The notes under the pieces are model-generated. The model saw nothing but the letters and a program-made list of their open reading frames with translations, was not told where the DNA came from and ran no database searches. This document shows positions 41,708-55,706 of a stretch of 64,000 nt of DNA, in pieces. This DNA comes from Octopus vulgaris. Taxonomy: Eukaryota. The stretch's first letter is position 1; each line of letters starts with the position of its first letter. The DNA is taken from assembly GCA_951406725.2 (NCBI GenBank), contig OX597836.1:24428001-24492000 (forward strand). The letters are read 5' to 3'. Both the position numbers and the translations under genes were made by a program.

Positions 41708-41973
41708 GCATTTAAGTAACGATATTCTACGCCTTCACTTAGCCACTGATCCACCAAATCTCGATACGAACACTGTCTGCATGAACTACCCGTATCTATC
41801 AACAGCCCAACTAGAACTCTGTAAGTTATACCCCGATGTCACAGCTTCGGCCATACAAGGCGTCCAAGTCGCCGTCCATGAATGCCAACACCAGTTGAAA
41901 ACACATCGATGGAATTGTTCCACTTTGGAGACTAAAAATAAAAATCCAGAATTTAGTCCTGTCTTTAAACGAG
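41708..41973 (+). CDS. Wnt10: Wnt10 coding exon 2
   Basis: Translates HLSNDILRLHLATDPPNLDTNTVCMNYPYLSTAQLELCKLYPDVTASAIQGVQVAVHECQHQLKTHRWNCSTLETKNKNPEFSPVFKRG. The NDIL..L, NTVC, PDV.ASAIQG.Q.A.HECQHQ and RWNCS.LET.NK motifs are those of Wnt10a/b. Acceptor is AAACAG|G, with an in-frame TGA at 41700-41702 limiting the 5' extent. Donor is G|GTAAGT, phase 1. Confidence 0.95.
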
Positions 41974-43762
41974 GTAAGTGCCATACATAATTGCTTGTTT
42001 GCTTCTTCTAATAATCTCCAATAACAATATTATTTAACATAAACAGGTTCCTCCTGTGTGCTTCTCCAAAAGGGATTGCGTAAGAAAGAACTGCCACGGA
42101 CAGAAAGATTTCAATGGAATCATCTCCTCGTCTTTAAATTTGGAATATTTCGGCCGAGTGCTATACAAACCGATCAACCAAAAACATTAGCCTGGAAGTG
42201 AGGAATACAATCTCTTATTTATAGATTATGAGTGGTCTTGATCTCGGTACAAATCATCGTAGAGAAGTTTAGAGCAAAGATTTCGATTAACATAAAGTCA
42301 TGTTTTATTTGGCAATTGAGGGGACAGTTTCACGTAGTATTTTATGGGTGGGGGTCAATATGTTTCGATGTTGTGAGTTATGATATTGATATAGCGATAT
42401 AAGGGTTAATGATGGTAGGAGTGAGAATATATGAATTGTGACAGTAGGTCAAAAGGAAGAAGTGCCTGTTGGGTGGAAGACTCTGGAATGTGGATTACGG
42501 TACCGTTTGGTAGAAGTTATATAGAGAGAGAAACCTACGATGTGTTTCATTCGCTGACATCGTTAATGTGTGTGAAGTCGAAACTGTTAAAACGACCGAT
42601 GTGAATTAAAACAACGTGTAGCAAGAAAAAAATTTAGAAAATTTCAAGTGAAAGCGGAACTACTGAAATAACTTTCTTCTGAATGTGTTCTTTGCATGGA
42701 TAGAATTCGGTTTGTTATCGCAGATTTATGCCAAAGATCCCAAAGATTCCAAACAAATTAATGTGAGAGTCACAGCTGGTCACAGAGTTAATAAAATGTT
42801 GAACTTTCAAGAGAAAGGTCTTTGGTTTATGTCACATCACCATATGACTATGGTCGAGACATTTGATTAGCCATCACAAGAGTCCACTCCACTGCAAATT
42901 GGTATCACAACGAAATTCAATTCACTGCTGTAAGTAGTGAAATATCTGTGTAGTTAGCTCCGGGTACTTGATGTTTTGAACTCACGAATATGTTCCAAGC
43001 TATGGTGAGTTTAAGCTTGTGTAGTGAGAGAAATCGGTGAAGTTGAGAACTGCTATGAAGAAGTAGATGTGGTTAGGCGGGTCTTCTATAAATTAAAAAA
43101 AAAATGTTTGAGTTGAGGTGAAGCAGAGTCGTTCATTTCTATATATGAGGCTTTCAGATTTCAATTCAGAAATGTGTCGTTTCAATGCAATCTCTGTGTT
43201 GTCTCTGCTAGTCTGTTTCTGTTCAGATTGATATTTCATAATTTATTTCGAGTTTTGCATAGTATAGATGAAATTTGTTTACTCTCTGCGCCTGGTTAAT
43301 TAAAACTGGCTTCGTCAGCTGCTGTTCTCTTAGTTTCCGAATAGTAAACGTTAACAGTGGATGCTTTGATTCAAAGAATCAAGGTGAACAATAAAATTAA
43401 CGTAAACTATGTTTAAGAAGAGCAACAAACTCAAGACTTGGGGCCATCAATGGTCAGGACTTCCTTGTACGCGATATTGTCTTAACAACTAACTAATAAA
43501 TGGTGCGCAATAGTTTCGTGAATAAGAACTATATTCTACCAGGCTACAAGAGAGGCTCTGTACAGTCGCAGGACCTGCTTTTGAAAAGCAGGCAATCTCC
43601 ATCAAATTACACCCTACCATCTGAAAGAAAGCAAACATCGCCCTCTGGAAGTATCTGTGATAAAATCAAGAAAATATGACATTAACAGATTGAGTCATTT
43701 GTTGAGAGCTTCTCAACCAGGTTCCCTTAGGGGTTCATAAAAGATTTTGTCGTTAAAATGTA

Positions 43763-44160
43763 TACTCTTTTACTCTTTTACTTGTTTCAGTCATTTGACT
43801 GCGGCCATGCTGGAGCACCGCCTTTAATCGAGCAACTCGACCCCGGGACTTATTCTTTTGTAAGCCCAGTACTTATTCTATCGGTCTCTTTTTACCGAAC
43901 CGCTAAGTAACGGGAACGTAAACACACCAGCATCGGTTGTCAAGCAATGCTAGGGGAACAAACGCAGACACACAAACACACACACGTACATATATATACA
44001 TATATACGACAGGCTTCTTTCAGTTTCCGTCTACCAAATACACTCACAAGGCATTGGTCGGCCCGGGGCTATAGCAGAAGACACTTGCCCAAGATGCCAC
44101 GCAGTGGGACTGAACCCGGAACCATGTGGTTGGTTAGCAAGCTACTTACCACACAGCCAC
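43763..44160 (-). mobile_element. SINE family A, near full length, low divergence
   Basis: Nearly identical to the copy at 49068-49516. Confidence 0.85.
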
Positions 44161-45018
44161 ATTGCTGAAAATGTTACAATACACAAGATATATTAACGAT
44201 GTTTTAATACAATTTCTTATAATATTTAGATATAAAACTACGACAGGATTTTTTTCAACATCAAATGGCTCGAGCAGAACAGTAATCAAAGGGGTTCATA
44301 GATAAGGAAAAACAGTTGAGAAACACTGAGTTAAACTAGCAGCCGCAATTAACATTGAAGGGCGTTTGTTAATGTTTACATGCAAGAGCATAGATTAATT
44401 GCTTCCTCAACAAACTATAGCTAGTCAGCTTGATGCAAGAATTATTTCAGGGAAGCAAAGGCATCTACAGCCAGAATAAATGTGTTTTATATATGCATTG
44501 ATCCTTGTTTAAGAACAATTACGATTCAAAATTAAACTGTAATTTATTATCCGCTAGATAAAGACAACGGAAATATAGCTTTGATGGCATAATTTAATTA
44601 TTTGATTAGAAAAATAGGTATTTCATTTGTTTCAAGAATATTTTAATTTGTTTCGAGATTATTTTAATTTGCTTTGTGATTATGTTAATTTATTTCATGT
44701 TTATTATAATTTGCTTTGAGACTCTTTTAGCTTGTACATGAAAAGGTGTGCACTACCGTTTGCGATTGACCGAGGACAGAAGCACATCTCTACACTGGTC
44801 GTAGCTCTGAGTGCGCGTGTGTGTTAGTGTGTGTGTGCTCGCGCGTGTGTTTTGTATATGTGTGTGTGTTTGTGCATTTTTTGTGTGTGCATGTATGTGT
44901 GTGTCTTTATGCATTTGTTTGTGTGTGTGTTTGTGTTTGTGTGTGTGTGTATGTGCATGTGTGTACGTATGTGTGTGTATGTGTGTGCGTTGATTTATAC
45001 ACAATATGTACATAAAGT

Positions 45019-45054
<36 letters not shown>

Positions 45055-45059
45055 TAACG

Positions 45060-45275
45060 CCACCACGTATACTCACTGACTCACAGACCTAGTCCCACAA
45101 TTTCCTGTCCATCCCCACTCAGCGAACGTGTTGGGGTGTGGGGGCTGCCCCACCCTTCCCGCCGCACACCCAACCCCCCAACACCTCTACAACCAATGCC
45201 CCACTTTTATAAACAATTAATTTGATAAATCAGTTATATTGTCAAGTCATACTTCCGCCTATAAAATATACCATT
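45060..45275 (+). promoter_or_regulatory. Candidate intronic enhancer or promoter island
   Basis: Unique GC-richer island between CA repeats with TGACTCA (45077), GGGGTGTGGGG and CCCCACCC, CCAAT (45193), ACTTCCG (45251) and TATAAAA (45260). Confidence 0.35.
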
Positions 45276-46100
45276 TTTCTTCTTGCTTTTGTTGACGATG
45301 TTCTTCTTTTTTCTCTCTCATCTTTCGTCTTATCTCAACCCTAATATACAAACACCGGTACGTACACACGCTCACACACACTCACAGACACACACGCTCA
45401 CACACACACACACTCACAGACACACACACGCATACACACACGCACACACATACACACACACACACGCACACACGCCCGCACGCACAGACACATACATACA
45501 CAGACATACATATGTTCCTACACCCAAACACAAGCGTACCCCACTACACCCTTCACTTTCTCTTTACCTTTCCTTCTCTTTCAGCGCATGTTTGTGTGTA
45601 TGTATGTGTGTGTGTGTGTGTATGTGTGTGTGTGTGTGTGTGTATGTGCGTGCGTGCGTGTGTGTGTATGTGCGTGTTCAGATGTGCAAGCTGTATATGT
45701 ATGTGTGGCCGTTTGTAAGGAGTATTTAACTGACCCGTGGCGAGACAAGAAAGCCAATATCAAGGGGGAAATAATGTTAACGGATGAAAGTAAGAGTGAG
45801 AGTAAAAGAGAGAGAGAGAGAGAGAGAAAGGGAGAGAGAAAGAGGGGGAGATGGAGACAGGTCGGGGGAGTAAGAGGTAAGATGGGAGAGCGGGAAATAG
45901 AGAGTAAGCAAACGAAGATGTTTGGGAGCTGCAAGATTATACAAGGGTGACTATATGGACGTGTGTGTATGTATGTATGTATGTATGTATGTATGTATGT
46001 ATGTATGTATGTATGTGTGTATGTATGTATGTATCTATGTATGTATGTGTGTATGTATGTATGTATCTATGTATGTATGTGTGTATGTATGTATGTATGT

Positions 46101-46505
46101 CTTTAGTCTTTTAGTCTTTTACTTGTTTCAGTCATTTGACTGCGGCCATGCTGGAGCACCGCCTTTAGTCGAGCAAATCGACCCCGGGACTTATTCTTTG
46201 TAAGCCCAGTAATTATTCTATCGGTGTCTTTTGCCGAACCGCTAAGTGACGGGGACGTAAACACACCAGCATCGGTTGTCAAGCAATGCTAGGGGGACAA
46301 ACACAGACACACAAACATATACACACACATACATATATATATATATACATATATACGACAGGCTTCTTTCAGTTTCCGTCTACCAAATCCACTCACAAGG
46401 GGCTATAGCAGAAGACACTTGCCCAAGATGCTACGCAGTGGGACTGAACCCGGAACCATGTGGTTGGTTTGCAAGCTACTTACCACATAGCCACTCCTGC
46501 GCCTA
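46101..46505 (-). mobile_element. SINE family A, full length
   Basis: Tail-to-head match with a small internal deletion. Confidence 0.85.
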
Positions 46506-46591
46506 TGTATGTATGTATGTATGTATGTATGTATGTATGTATGTATGTATGTATGTATGTATGTATGTATGTATGTATGTATGTATGTATG

Positions 46592-46644
<53 letters not shown>

Positions 46645-47559
46645 GCATGTGTGTGTGTCTGTCTATCTGTCTGGAGGAAGTACATGAATGTTTGTAATGC
46701 CAGAGGAGGGAGAAAAAAAAGAAAGAGTGAGAAATTAAGAGGAAGTAGAACGACAGACTGGGTGGGGATTGAGGTAAGAAAATAAGAACTACAAAGTGGA
46801 TGTAGAGATATTGTTGTTGAAATTATATCACCTTAAGTCATTCAAAAGTTTGATAGCCACTTGGTAGACTATGCTTTCCTTGATGAGGGTTAATAAGACT
46901 GAAATATACACAGAGTTGTCACTGTATCTCCCAAACATCAGCTTTACTATTCACTACTTGTCTTTTTAATCAATTTCAATATAGAACTTATCTCCCCTTT
47001 GATCTCCTTCACCAAACTTATCATTTATGCAATGAATTTCATTTCAATTGAACAAAATTTATATGAACTTTACTGATTTGACAGTATAGTGGGTATTTGA
47101 GATGCTGAAGTGATAAGGCGTGAAATGGTGTCACATAGGACTTTCACATGGAAATGTAGAAGTTGAATGAAGCTGGCAGTATTAGCCCGGCAAATTTTCC
47201 AGAAACTAGGTTTACTAGAGAGGGATGACCTCCCTTTGCAAATATCATAAGAGCTCAGAATGTGTGCCTAAAGCCAGCTGGAGACGATGATCTCCTGGGG
47301 CTAAAAGCTACAGTAACACCCACCCTTAGTGGTTAGCCATATTGAGATGGCTAGTATACTTTACGTTGTCGAGCGGTTACTGTTTACATCTCGTTCAGAG
47401 ATTTATTATTACTGGTAATATTTGTATACATGAATTTCACCTTCTTAAACTAAATACAAATTTATAGAGAAGAAGGCCAGTTATTTGAACAATACCGCTT
47501 TATCCAAATTATTCCTCCATTGCTTGCATCCGGGAGGAGAGATTTTCTGGTGTATTTCT

Positions 47560-49060
47560 CGAGCGCCTTAAAACTGAAAGTTGTCTCAGGAGAAAATTGT
47601 AAATTGCCTTCAAAAGAAGAGAACGTGTCTTCAGAACAAAAAAGATGCTGAGAAGACTCATATGGTGGTGAAGACCAGTTATTTCATCAACAAAGCCATA
47701 ATCAAAAACTGTTGAATTGAATAAAAAAAAAAAAACAGTCTAAGCACGGCATGGATTGACTACCTGAAGGCTTTTGACATTATTCCACATTCGTGGATTC
47801 TGGAAACACTAGAGATGCGTAAGAAAACACCAAGGAATACATAAGACATGTCATAACTAAAAGGTAAACAGTTTTGCAGTTACGTACGTAGAAGAGGGAA
47901 TTATAAAACTAAACTCATATCCGTTAAAAGAGGGATATTTCAAGGGATCTCACTCTCTCGACTCCTTTTGTGTCTGGCATTGACACCTTTCACTGACATA
48001 TTAAACTAAAATGGGCGTGGAGACAACTGCTTTGGTAAAAAAAAAAATTCAGTCAATATTTTTATAGGGTGATCTCTGATTTCAAGTTATATGATGCAAA
48101 TTATTAACAACCGGACACTTTATTACAGATAGTACGCAGATATACCAAAAATGGTATTCGTCTTGTAAAATTAAACCAAAGCGACTTTGAAGAGAGGAAA
48201 ATTAAATAAGAACACGTGTTAAATATACTGAGATAAGATAACGAAACCAAACACAAGCATATAATAGTTTTCGAATCAATGGATTCTGCAAACACAAAGT
48301 GAAGAGAATATTAGGAAGAAATATTATAGACGAATTAGGTTAATATTTAAAACGGAGGTAAGTGCATAAAGTAAGGTAACAGGCATCAATAATTTAACTG
48401 TCCCAGTCATAGCTACAGTTATAATAACCTTATCTAGACTAGCGAGACTAGGCGGGAAGACAAGGAATTTAGAATACGACATTCAAGATCTGACATAGAG
48501 GATGGGTTATACATAAAGACAAGGTGGTGGCGGCCTTACATAACAAGAAAACTGTTATGAAATATCTATCGTTGGGCAACGAAAACACCTAGCGCAGAAT
48601 CATAGAAAAATTAATAGAAATAGCTATGACAAATGGATGAAACAATAAGCTCTTCTCTGTTTTCAAGGAAGTCAATAAATATAAGTTAGAGATTGCAATA
48701 ACTAATAGCGATAAAGAAAGAGGTGAAACAGCAAAAGTCATGAAACAGCGAAAATCTAAACTAAAATTGGTGCCATGATTAAACAATAACTACAACAGCT
48801 ACTACATGGAGAGAAAAATCACAACACTGGCTTAGAAGCGTGGGACTCAAAAAAAAGAGATTAGAAAGTTGTTGATTGCAGCACGGGATCACAGCTTCAA
48901 CACACGCGCGCTCGCACCAGAAACTGTCAAAAGCATCCATTGAAGCAGAAGCCAGTAGCTGCAGAATATGTGGAGATGAAGAAACAATCGACCGCATTAT
49001 CTCTGCCCAGTCTCAGCCACTGAAGAATACATTAACATGTACGACAGAATTGTGACATAT
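47560..49060 (+). mobile_element. Decayed R4/Dong-clade LINE (RT to zinc knuckle)
   Basis: EQK.C...SYG..DQL, LSTAWIDYLKAFDIIPHSWILETL, KRGIFQG, and CRICGDEETID.IIS, with frameshifts. Confidence 0.85.
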
Positions 49061-49067
49061 ATATATA

Positions 49068-49291
49068 TACTCTCTTTTTACTCTTTTACTTGTTTCAGTC
49101 ATTTGACTGCGGCCATGCTGGAGCACCGCCTTTAATCGAGCAACTCGACCCCGGGACTTATTCTTTTGTAAGCCCAGTACTTATTCTATCGGTCTCTTTT
49201 GCCGAACCGCTAAGTAACGGAGACATAAACACACCAGCATCGGTTGTCAAGCAATGCTAGGGGGACAAACACAGACACACAAACACGCACA

Positions 49292-49349
<58 letters not shown>

Positions 49350-49512
49350 TACGACAGGCTTCTTTCAGTTTCCGTCTACCAAATCCACTCACAAGGCTTT
49401 GGTCGGCCCGAGGCTATAGCAGAAGACACTTGCCCAAGATGCCACGCAGTGGGACTGAACCCGGAACCATGTGGTTGGTTAGCAAGCTACTTACCACACA
49501 GCCACTCCTGCG

Positions 49513-49516
<4 letters not shown>
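49068..49516 (-). mobile_element. SINE family A, full length, low divergence
   Basis: Tail-to-head match, embedded in (TA)n at the end of the R4 fragment. Confidence 0.85.
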
Positions 49517-49559
<43 letters not shown>

Positions 49560-49560
<1 letters not shown>

Positions 49561-50022
49561 CGTTACCCACCATCCGTGTCTTTTTGGCCCTGAGGTAATA
49601 TTTTGCTCGTTTCTTATTTGCTTCGTCCTTTTCCTTCGTCCATCGTCTTGAATTACATTCATTCACTTTCGTATGTCCCCTTCTGCATCGCTTGTTATAT
49701 CCATGTATTGTTTGTTCTCGGTCCGATATTCTCCGCAACTTATGCCTCGGTCTTATCATTAATAGTGTGAAACTGAGTAATGAAGAATTAGGGACCTTCT
49801 GTCTTTGTGCACTCAATATACCGTATTTTAAAGTGTATAAGGAACTTTTTTTTGTTTTTGTCAAAAATTAGGTTTAAAAAATACTTGGATATAACAAGCA
49901 ATGCAGAAGTGGACATAGGACAGTGAATAAATGTAATTGAAAACGATGGACGAAGGACAAAGGCGAAATAAGAAACGAACAGAAAACAGCGTTAGGGCCA
50001 AAAGAAGGAATTGTGAATAACG
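49560..50022. mobile_element. Foldback/MITE-like element with about 150-bp imperfect inverted arms
   Basis: 49635-49709 is the near reverse complement of 49880-49954, and pairing extends outward to about 49560 and 50022. The spacer is about 170 bp. Confidence 0.75.
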
Positions 50023-50429
50023 TTTGCATGAAGAGCGACAGCGATTCTAACCCTAAACGATTTTCTTCAATATTTATGCGGTACCAATAGCAACAACTCT
50101 CTTCAAACTACAAAAATTCAAAATATGAGCGACGTAATCTCTTCGAGGTCGTTCTGTTTGCTAGAAATAGACGAAAATTTCCCTCAAATCACACGCATAC
50201 CCGTTTTCGAAAATGTGATTCATTAGGTCAAACAATTCTACATAAACGAATTAAGATGTGATGGTCCAATCTAGAGCGTCTTCGATCATAGTTCTGCTAA
50301 ACTCGGGCTAAACAACGTCCACTACACCGAACTAACATCGAAACTACCAACCACTACCACCCAAACAACTCACACTTCACCAGTCAACCACCACGTTGTA
50401 TACGTTGTATAATTGCGTATTTTTGTATG

Positions 50430-50665
<236 letters not shown>

Positions 50666-51001
50666 CTTCGTTCCTCTCCTCTCTATTTGTGTAAGATAGA
50701 GGTATTTATTATTATATTCCTATCTCACTTTCTCTCATACTCTCCCTCTCCTTCTCCCCCCCCCACTCTCTCTCTCTCCACCCTTAAGGTCACATCATTC
50801 CATCTATGTATTTTCCTTTCTGCTTCTGTCTGTCTCTTACTCATTTCCATCTTAATCTCCTCCAACATTTCTTAACTTGTCTCTCATTTCTACACACACG
50901 CATATATGTGTGTGTGCATATCTCTCTCTCTCCCTTTCTTTCTCTCTCTCTCACTCTCTCCCTTTCTTTCTCTGTCTCTGTCATTCACTCTCTCTCTCTC
51001 T

Positions 51002-51109
<108 letters not shown>

Positions 51110-51380
51110 CGAGAGAGAGTATAGACAGAGGGCAGACACATTATTGTCACCGTCCCCTTTCACATCCCTGTTCCCTTCATCGGCCCCACTTTCCTGTCTT
51201 CCCCCGACCTTCTCTATACCCGTCTGACCAGTGACCCGTGCAATGTATTATTTCAAGGCTACTTCAAGTGTACTGGGTACACATTTAACAGAACCTTTAT
51301 GGGAGTCCGACAACATATGTGATTAGAAGAGAGGGCCTGTAGTGTGCGTGTTACATACAATAGCAGTTATATGTACGTGC

Positions 51381-51444
<64 letters not shown>

Positions 51445-51446
<2 letters not shown>

Positions 51447-51601
51447 AGTGGCTGTGTGGTAAGAAGCTTGCTTCCCAACCACATAGTTCCAGCTTCAGTC
51501 CCACTGCGTGGCACCTTAGGCAAGTATCTTCTACTCTAAGCCTCGGGCCCATCAAAGCCTTGTGAGTGGATTTGGTAGATGGAAACTGAAAGAAACTCGT
51601 C

Positions 51602-51688
<87 letters not shown>

Positions 51689-52003
51689 TGTATGTATGTA
51701 CGTATGTATGTATGTATGTATGTATGTATGTATGTATGTATGTATGCATGTTTTATGTATGTATGAATGTATGTATGTATGTATGTGTGTATGTATGTAT
51801 GTATGTATGTATTTTGTGTGTCTGTGTTTGTTTCCTCCCACCTCCACAACCGATGCTGGTGTGTTTACGAACTTAGCGGTTCGGTAAAAGAGCCCGATAG
51901 AATAAGTACTAGCCTTACAAAGAATAAGTCCTTGGGTCGGTTTGTTCGACTAAAGGCGGTGCTCCAGCATGGCCGCATTGAAATAACTGAAACACGTAAA
52001 AAG
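51445..52003 (+). mobile_element. SINE family A with an expanded (about 210 nt) internal microsatellite
   Basis: Head 51445-51603, (TA)n/(GTAT)n 51604-51812, body and tail to 52003. Confidence 0.8.
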
Positions 52004-52031
52004 ATTTTAATAATATTTATATACATTTATA

Positions 52032-52080
<49 letters not shown>

Positions 52081-52687
52081 TGTTTGTATTCCCTCGTGAC
52101 CATCGGCCATCTTTCTTTCTTTTCCTAACTTGTGTTTCTTTTTTTTCCGATTCAGCTGGACGAAGCAGACGCATTCTTGTCTGTCTCTTGACCAAGCTTG
52201 CTTGTTCGCGTTCGCCACCTTACCTCACCTCATTTAGGCTTAACAGCCCTTCATGTTTGTTTTCACTGTCCTGTTTTTGTTAGCAATTTTGACCCTCCGA
52301 AAAATCCCAAATTTTATTTAATTTGCTTTGCGGGAGCAACTGCTTTATCAAAGGCTGTTTTATCAGCCGACAACTGATGAAGGGTCATTCGTTATGTTAC
52401 TTGTCTTGTTTTCCATTTGTTTCTTTCGTTGTTGCAAAAAAAAAGTTCATATTCCATGTATTCGTATTTCGTATCTTATGTTTTCGTCTTTCATGTTGTT
52501 TACGCTCCGTAACGTTCTGTGTCCACATATGAATATGTATATACGTATAGATGTAAGTATGTATATATACGTATGTATATATATGCATATATATTATTTA
52601 TATTATATTATATTATATTATATGTATATATATATGTGTGTGTGCGTGAGTGCGTGTATGTATCTATATATATATATATATATATTA

Positions 52688-52762
<75 letters not shown>

Positions 52763-52771
52763 ATACATTCA

Positions 52772-52815
<44 letters not shown>

Positions 52816-53172
52816 TGAATGTATGTTCAGTTTAACCAAATCATAATTTAACCGACAAAGAATTTTACCATTGTTTCACTCTTTGTCAAATTCTAAAGCA
52901 ATATTGTTGTAAGTAGATATAAGTAATGAACGAAATCTCGAACGCAGGAGAATAACTATGAAAGCAGTAGACAACAAGCTGGTACAGAGAATCGAACTCT
53001 TTGATTCTACTTATTTTAAAAATAGATGTTGCTTCGCGATTCTGAAACTCTACAAGTCGAACATTCCTACAAAACAACCACCGTAATGAATTCAAAAATT
53101 TGCTATCTTTTACTAGAACGGAACAATATTGAATGAATTCGAACGATTCCACGACAAGTCTCATCCTTCTGG

Positions 53173-53560
53173 CTCGTGGAGGCGCAATGGCCCAGTGGTT
53201 AGGGCAGCGGACTCGCGGTCATAGGATCGCGGTTTCGATTCCCAGACCGGGCGTTGTGAGTGTTTATTGAGCGAAAACACCTAAAAGCTCCACGAGGCTC
53301 CGGCAGGGGATGGTGGTGATCCCTGCTGTACTCTTTCACCACAACTTTTTCTCACTCTTACTTCCTGTTTCTGTTGTACCTGCATTTCAAAGGGCCGGCC
53401 TTGTCACTCTCTGTGTCACGCTGAATATCCCCGAGAACTACGTTAAGGGTACACGTGTCTGTGGAGTGCTCAGCCACTTACACGTTAATTTCACGAGCAG
53501 GCTGTTCCGTTGATTCGGATCAACCGGAACCCTGGTCGTCGTAACCGACGGAGTGCTTCC
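53173..53560 (+). mobile_element. SINE family C (tRNA-derived), full length with 11-bp TSD
   Basis: TSD CATCCTTCTGG at 53162-53172 and 53561-53571. A box TGGCCCAGTGG and B box GGTTTCGATTCCC. Confidence 0.88.
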
Positions 53561-53592
53561 CATCCTTCTGGTTAACGACACTAGTTAAATTG

Positions 53593-53780
53593 AAGGCGAC
53601 GAACCGTCAGATTCGTTGGCACGCCCGGCAAAATGCTTAGCGGCATTTCGCCCGTATTGACGTTCTGAGTACAAATTCCGAGTTCAAATCGATAAAATGA
53701 ATACCAGTTGATGTAATCGACTTAGCACCTTCCCCCAAAATTACTGCTGGCCTTGTTCCAGAATTTGAAACCAATAATAC
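53593..53780 (+). mobile_element. SINE family B-related diverged copy
   Basis: AAGGCGACGAACCGTCAGATTCGTTGGCACGCCCGGCAAAATGC...CGTTCTGAGT matches the family B head. Confidence 0.6.
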
Positions 53781-54074
53781 TTGTTAAATTTCCTTTCCTT
53801 CACCAGGATAATAAACCGACCCTACAAATTCTCCTGTCTCCTTTTTTTTTTTTTTTTTTTTTCTCCCACTGCTGTCTGAATATACTTGAAACCTGTAAAA
53901 CTTCATCAAAGAGATTAAACACCAGAACAAAGTGATTCAACGTTCCTCTTTGTCTCTGCCATAAAAAATCAAAAAAATCAGGTGTGGCATCATCGGGCTT
54001 TGTTTCTCAAACAGACATTTTTTTTCTTCTTTTTTGTTCTTTCCTCCACTCTTTTCCGTCTGATGTATATAACT

Positions 54075-54310
<236 letters not shown>

Positions 54311-54485
54311 CGGACGCATGTATAATATTACGCACGGCTTCCTTTGAAAGTAAGTGCTGTTGTCTTTTGAAGTTAATTACACACGCGAACGCTCACATAT
54401 ACATTCATAGATGTGCCCATACACATAAACATGCATACACACATACAGCCCCCTCATACACATGCACACACACAAACAAATATAG

Positions 54486-54527
<42 letters not shown>

Positions 54528-55420
54528 GTGTGTAGGCAGACATAAGTTGTATGAATGAGTCGTCTTTGAAAGAATATCCATTAAAACAACAACAAAAATT
54601 CTTTTAAAAAACCTGCACAAATACAAACATACATACACCCAACCATTAGAAACGTATATACGCACAACAAACAGTAACAACAAACCGAAATAAATCAATT
54701 GATATACCTGTGCACACCTGTTTGTCCACAGGTGATACAGACTTTCAAATCGTTTGATCCTGCTAACATGCAATCGAAACAGCATGAAAGCTTCTATTGA
54801 ATGGGATATTTTCACAACTCATTAAATAAATTTACAAATAATTAAGATTGTTAGTTGAGATTAGGGGGCTATGTCTACTGTCTGAATTAGTATTAGGTAG
54901 TTTTAGCGGCTAGGGATAAAATTAGGGTTGAATTTCGGTTAGATTTTGTTTGGAGGTCGGGGTAAGTATTAGCAATATGCATTGGGTTAGTGTTTGGTTT
55001 AGACTTAATGATAGAGTTTGATTTGGTTTGGTTCAAGGATTGGTAATTAAGTTTAGTACGAAGGGTTTAACAGCTAGCGTTATGGCTTTGGGTTAAAAAT
55101 AGAAGTAGCTTTATTGTTAGGGATGGTGTAAGGGTTCGGTTAAGAGGTAAGCTGGTGGGTTTAATTTAGGGGTATGTTAAAGGATTTGATTGAGGGATGT
55201 ATTTGAGAGTTACGTTTAGTTTTTGAATATAGAAAACAAAAACTGCACGAAGTTTTGTCGTGGACTCAAAGCGACGAAACTATTTTGACAAATTAAATTT
55301 AAATGTTGAATTGAATCTAACGGTTTTGTGTGTTTCTTATAAACACCTTCCACGCTGCAATTGTTTTCGTTCCAGCACACGATCTCAGATCAAGTCACTC
55401 GCTATGCAAGTACATCTCCG

Positions 55421-55461
<41 letters not shown>

Positions 55462-55662
55462 GCAAAATTTAGATTCAGATGAATATGGTACTTAAGTTAA
55501 AGGCACCAGAATTGTGTATGGTATTATCCATATAAATAAAATTGGGTGATTATAATCAAAATATAATTTAAAACTGATGTAATACTTACAGTGTTTAATA
55601 AAATGAAGTAGCATGAAACAATTGTACTACACTACCTTGGATATCCTTGTTGCTTATTTTGA

Positions 55663-55706
<44 letters not shown>

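Noticed and set aside
41781-41990. ORF-track start at MNYPYL as the Wnt N-terminus
   Set aside because: The frame is open and Wnt10-like further upstream (NDILRL...NTVC) to the acceptor at 41707, so this ATG is internal. The tail KCHT is intron read-through.
53180-53250. Functional tRNA gene at the head of SINE C (also heads of SINE A)
   Set aside because: A and B boxes are present, but there is no closing acceptor stem and the head continues into a repeated body flanked by TSDs.
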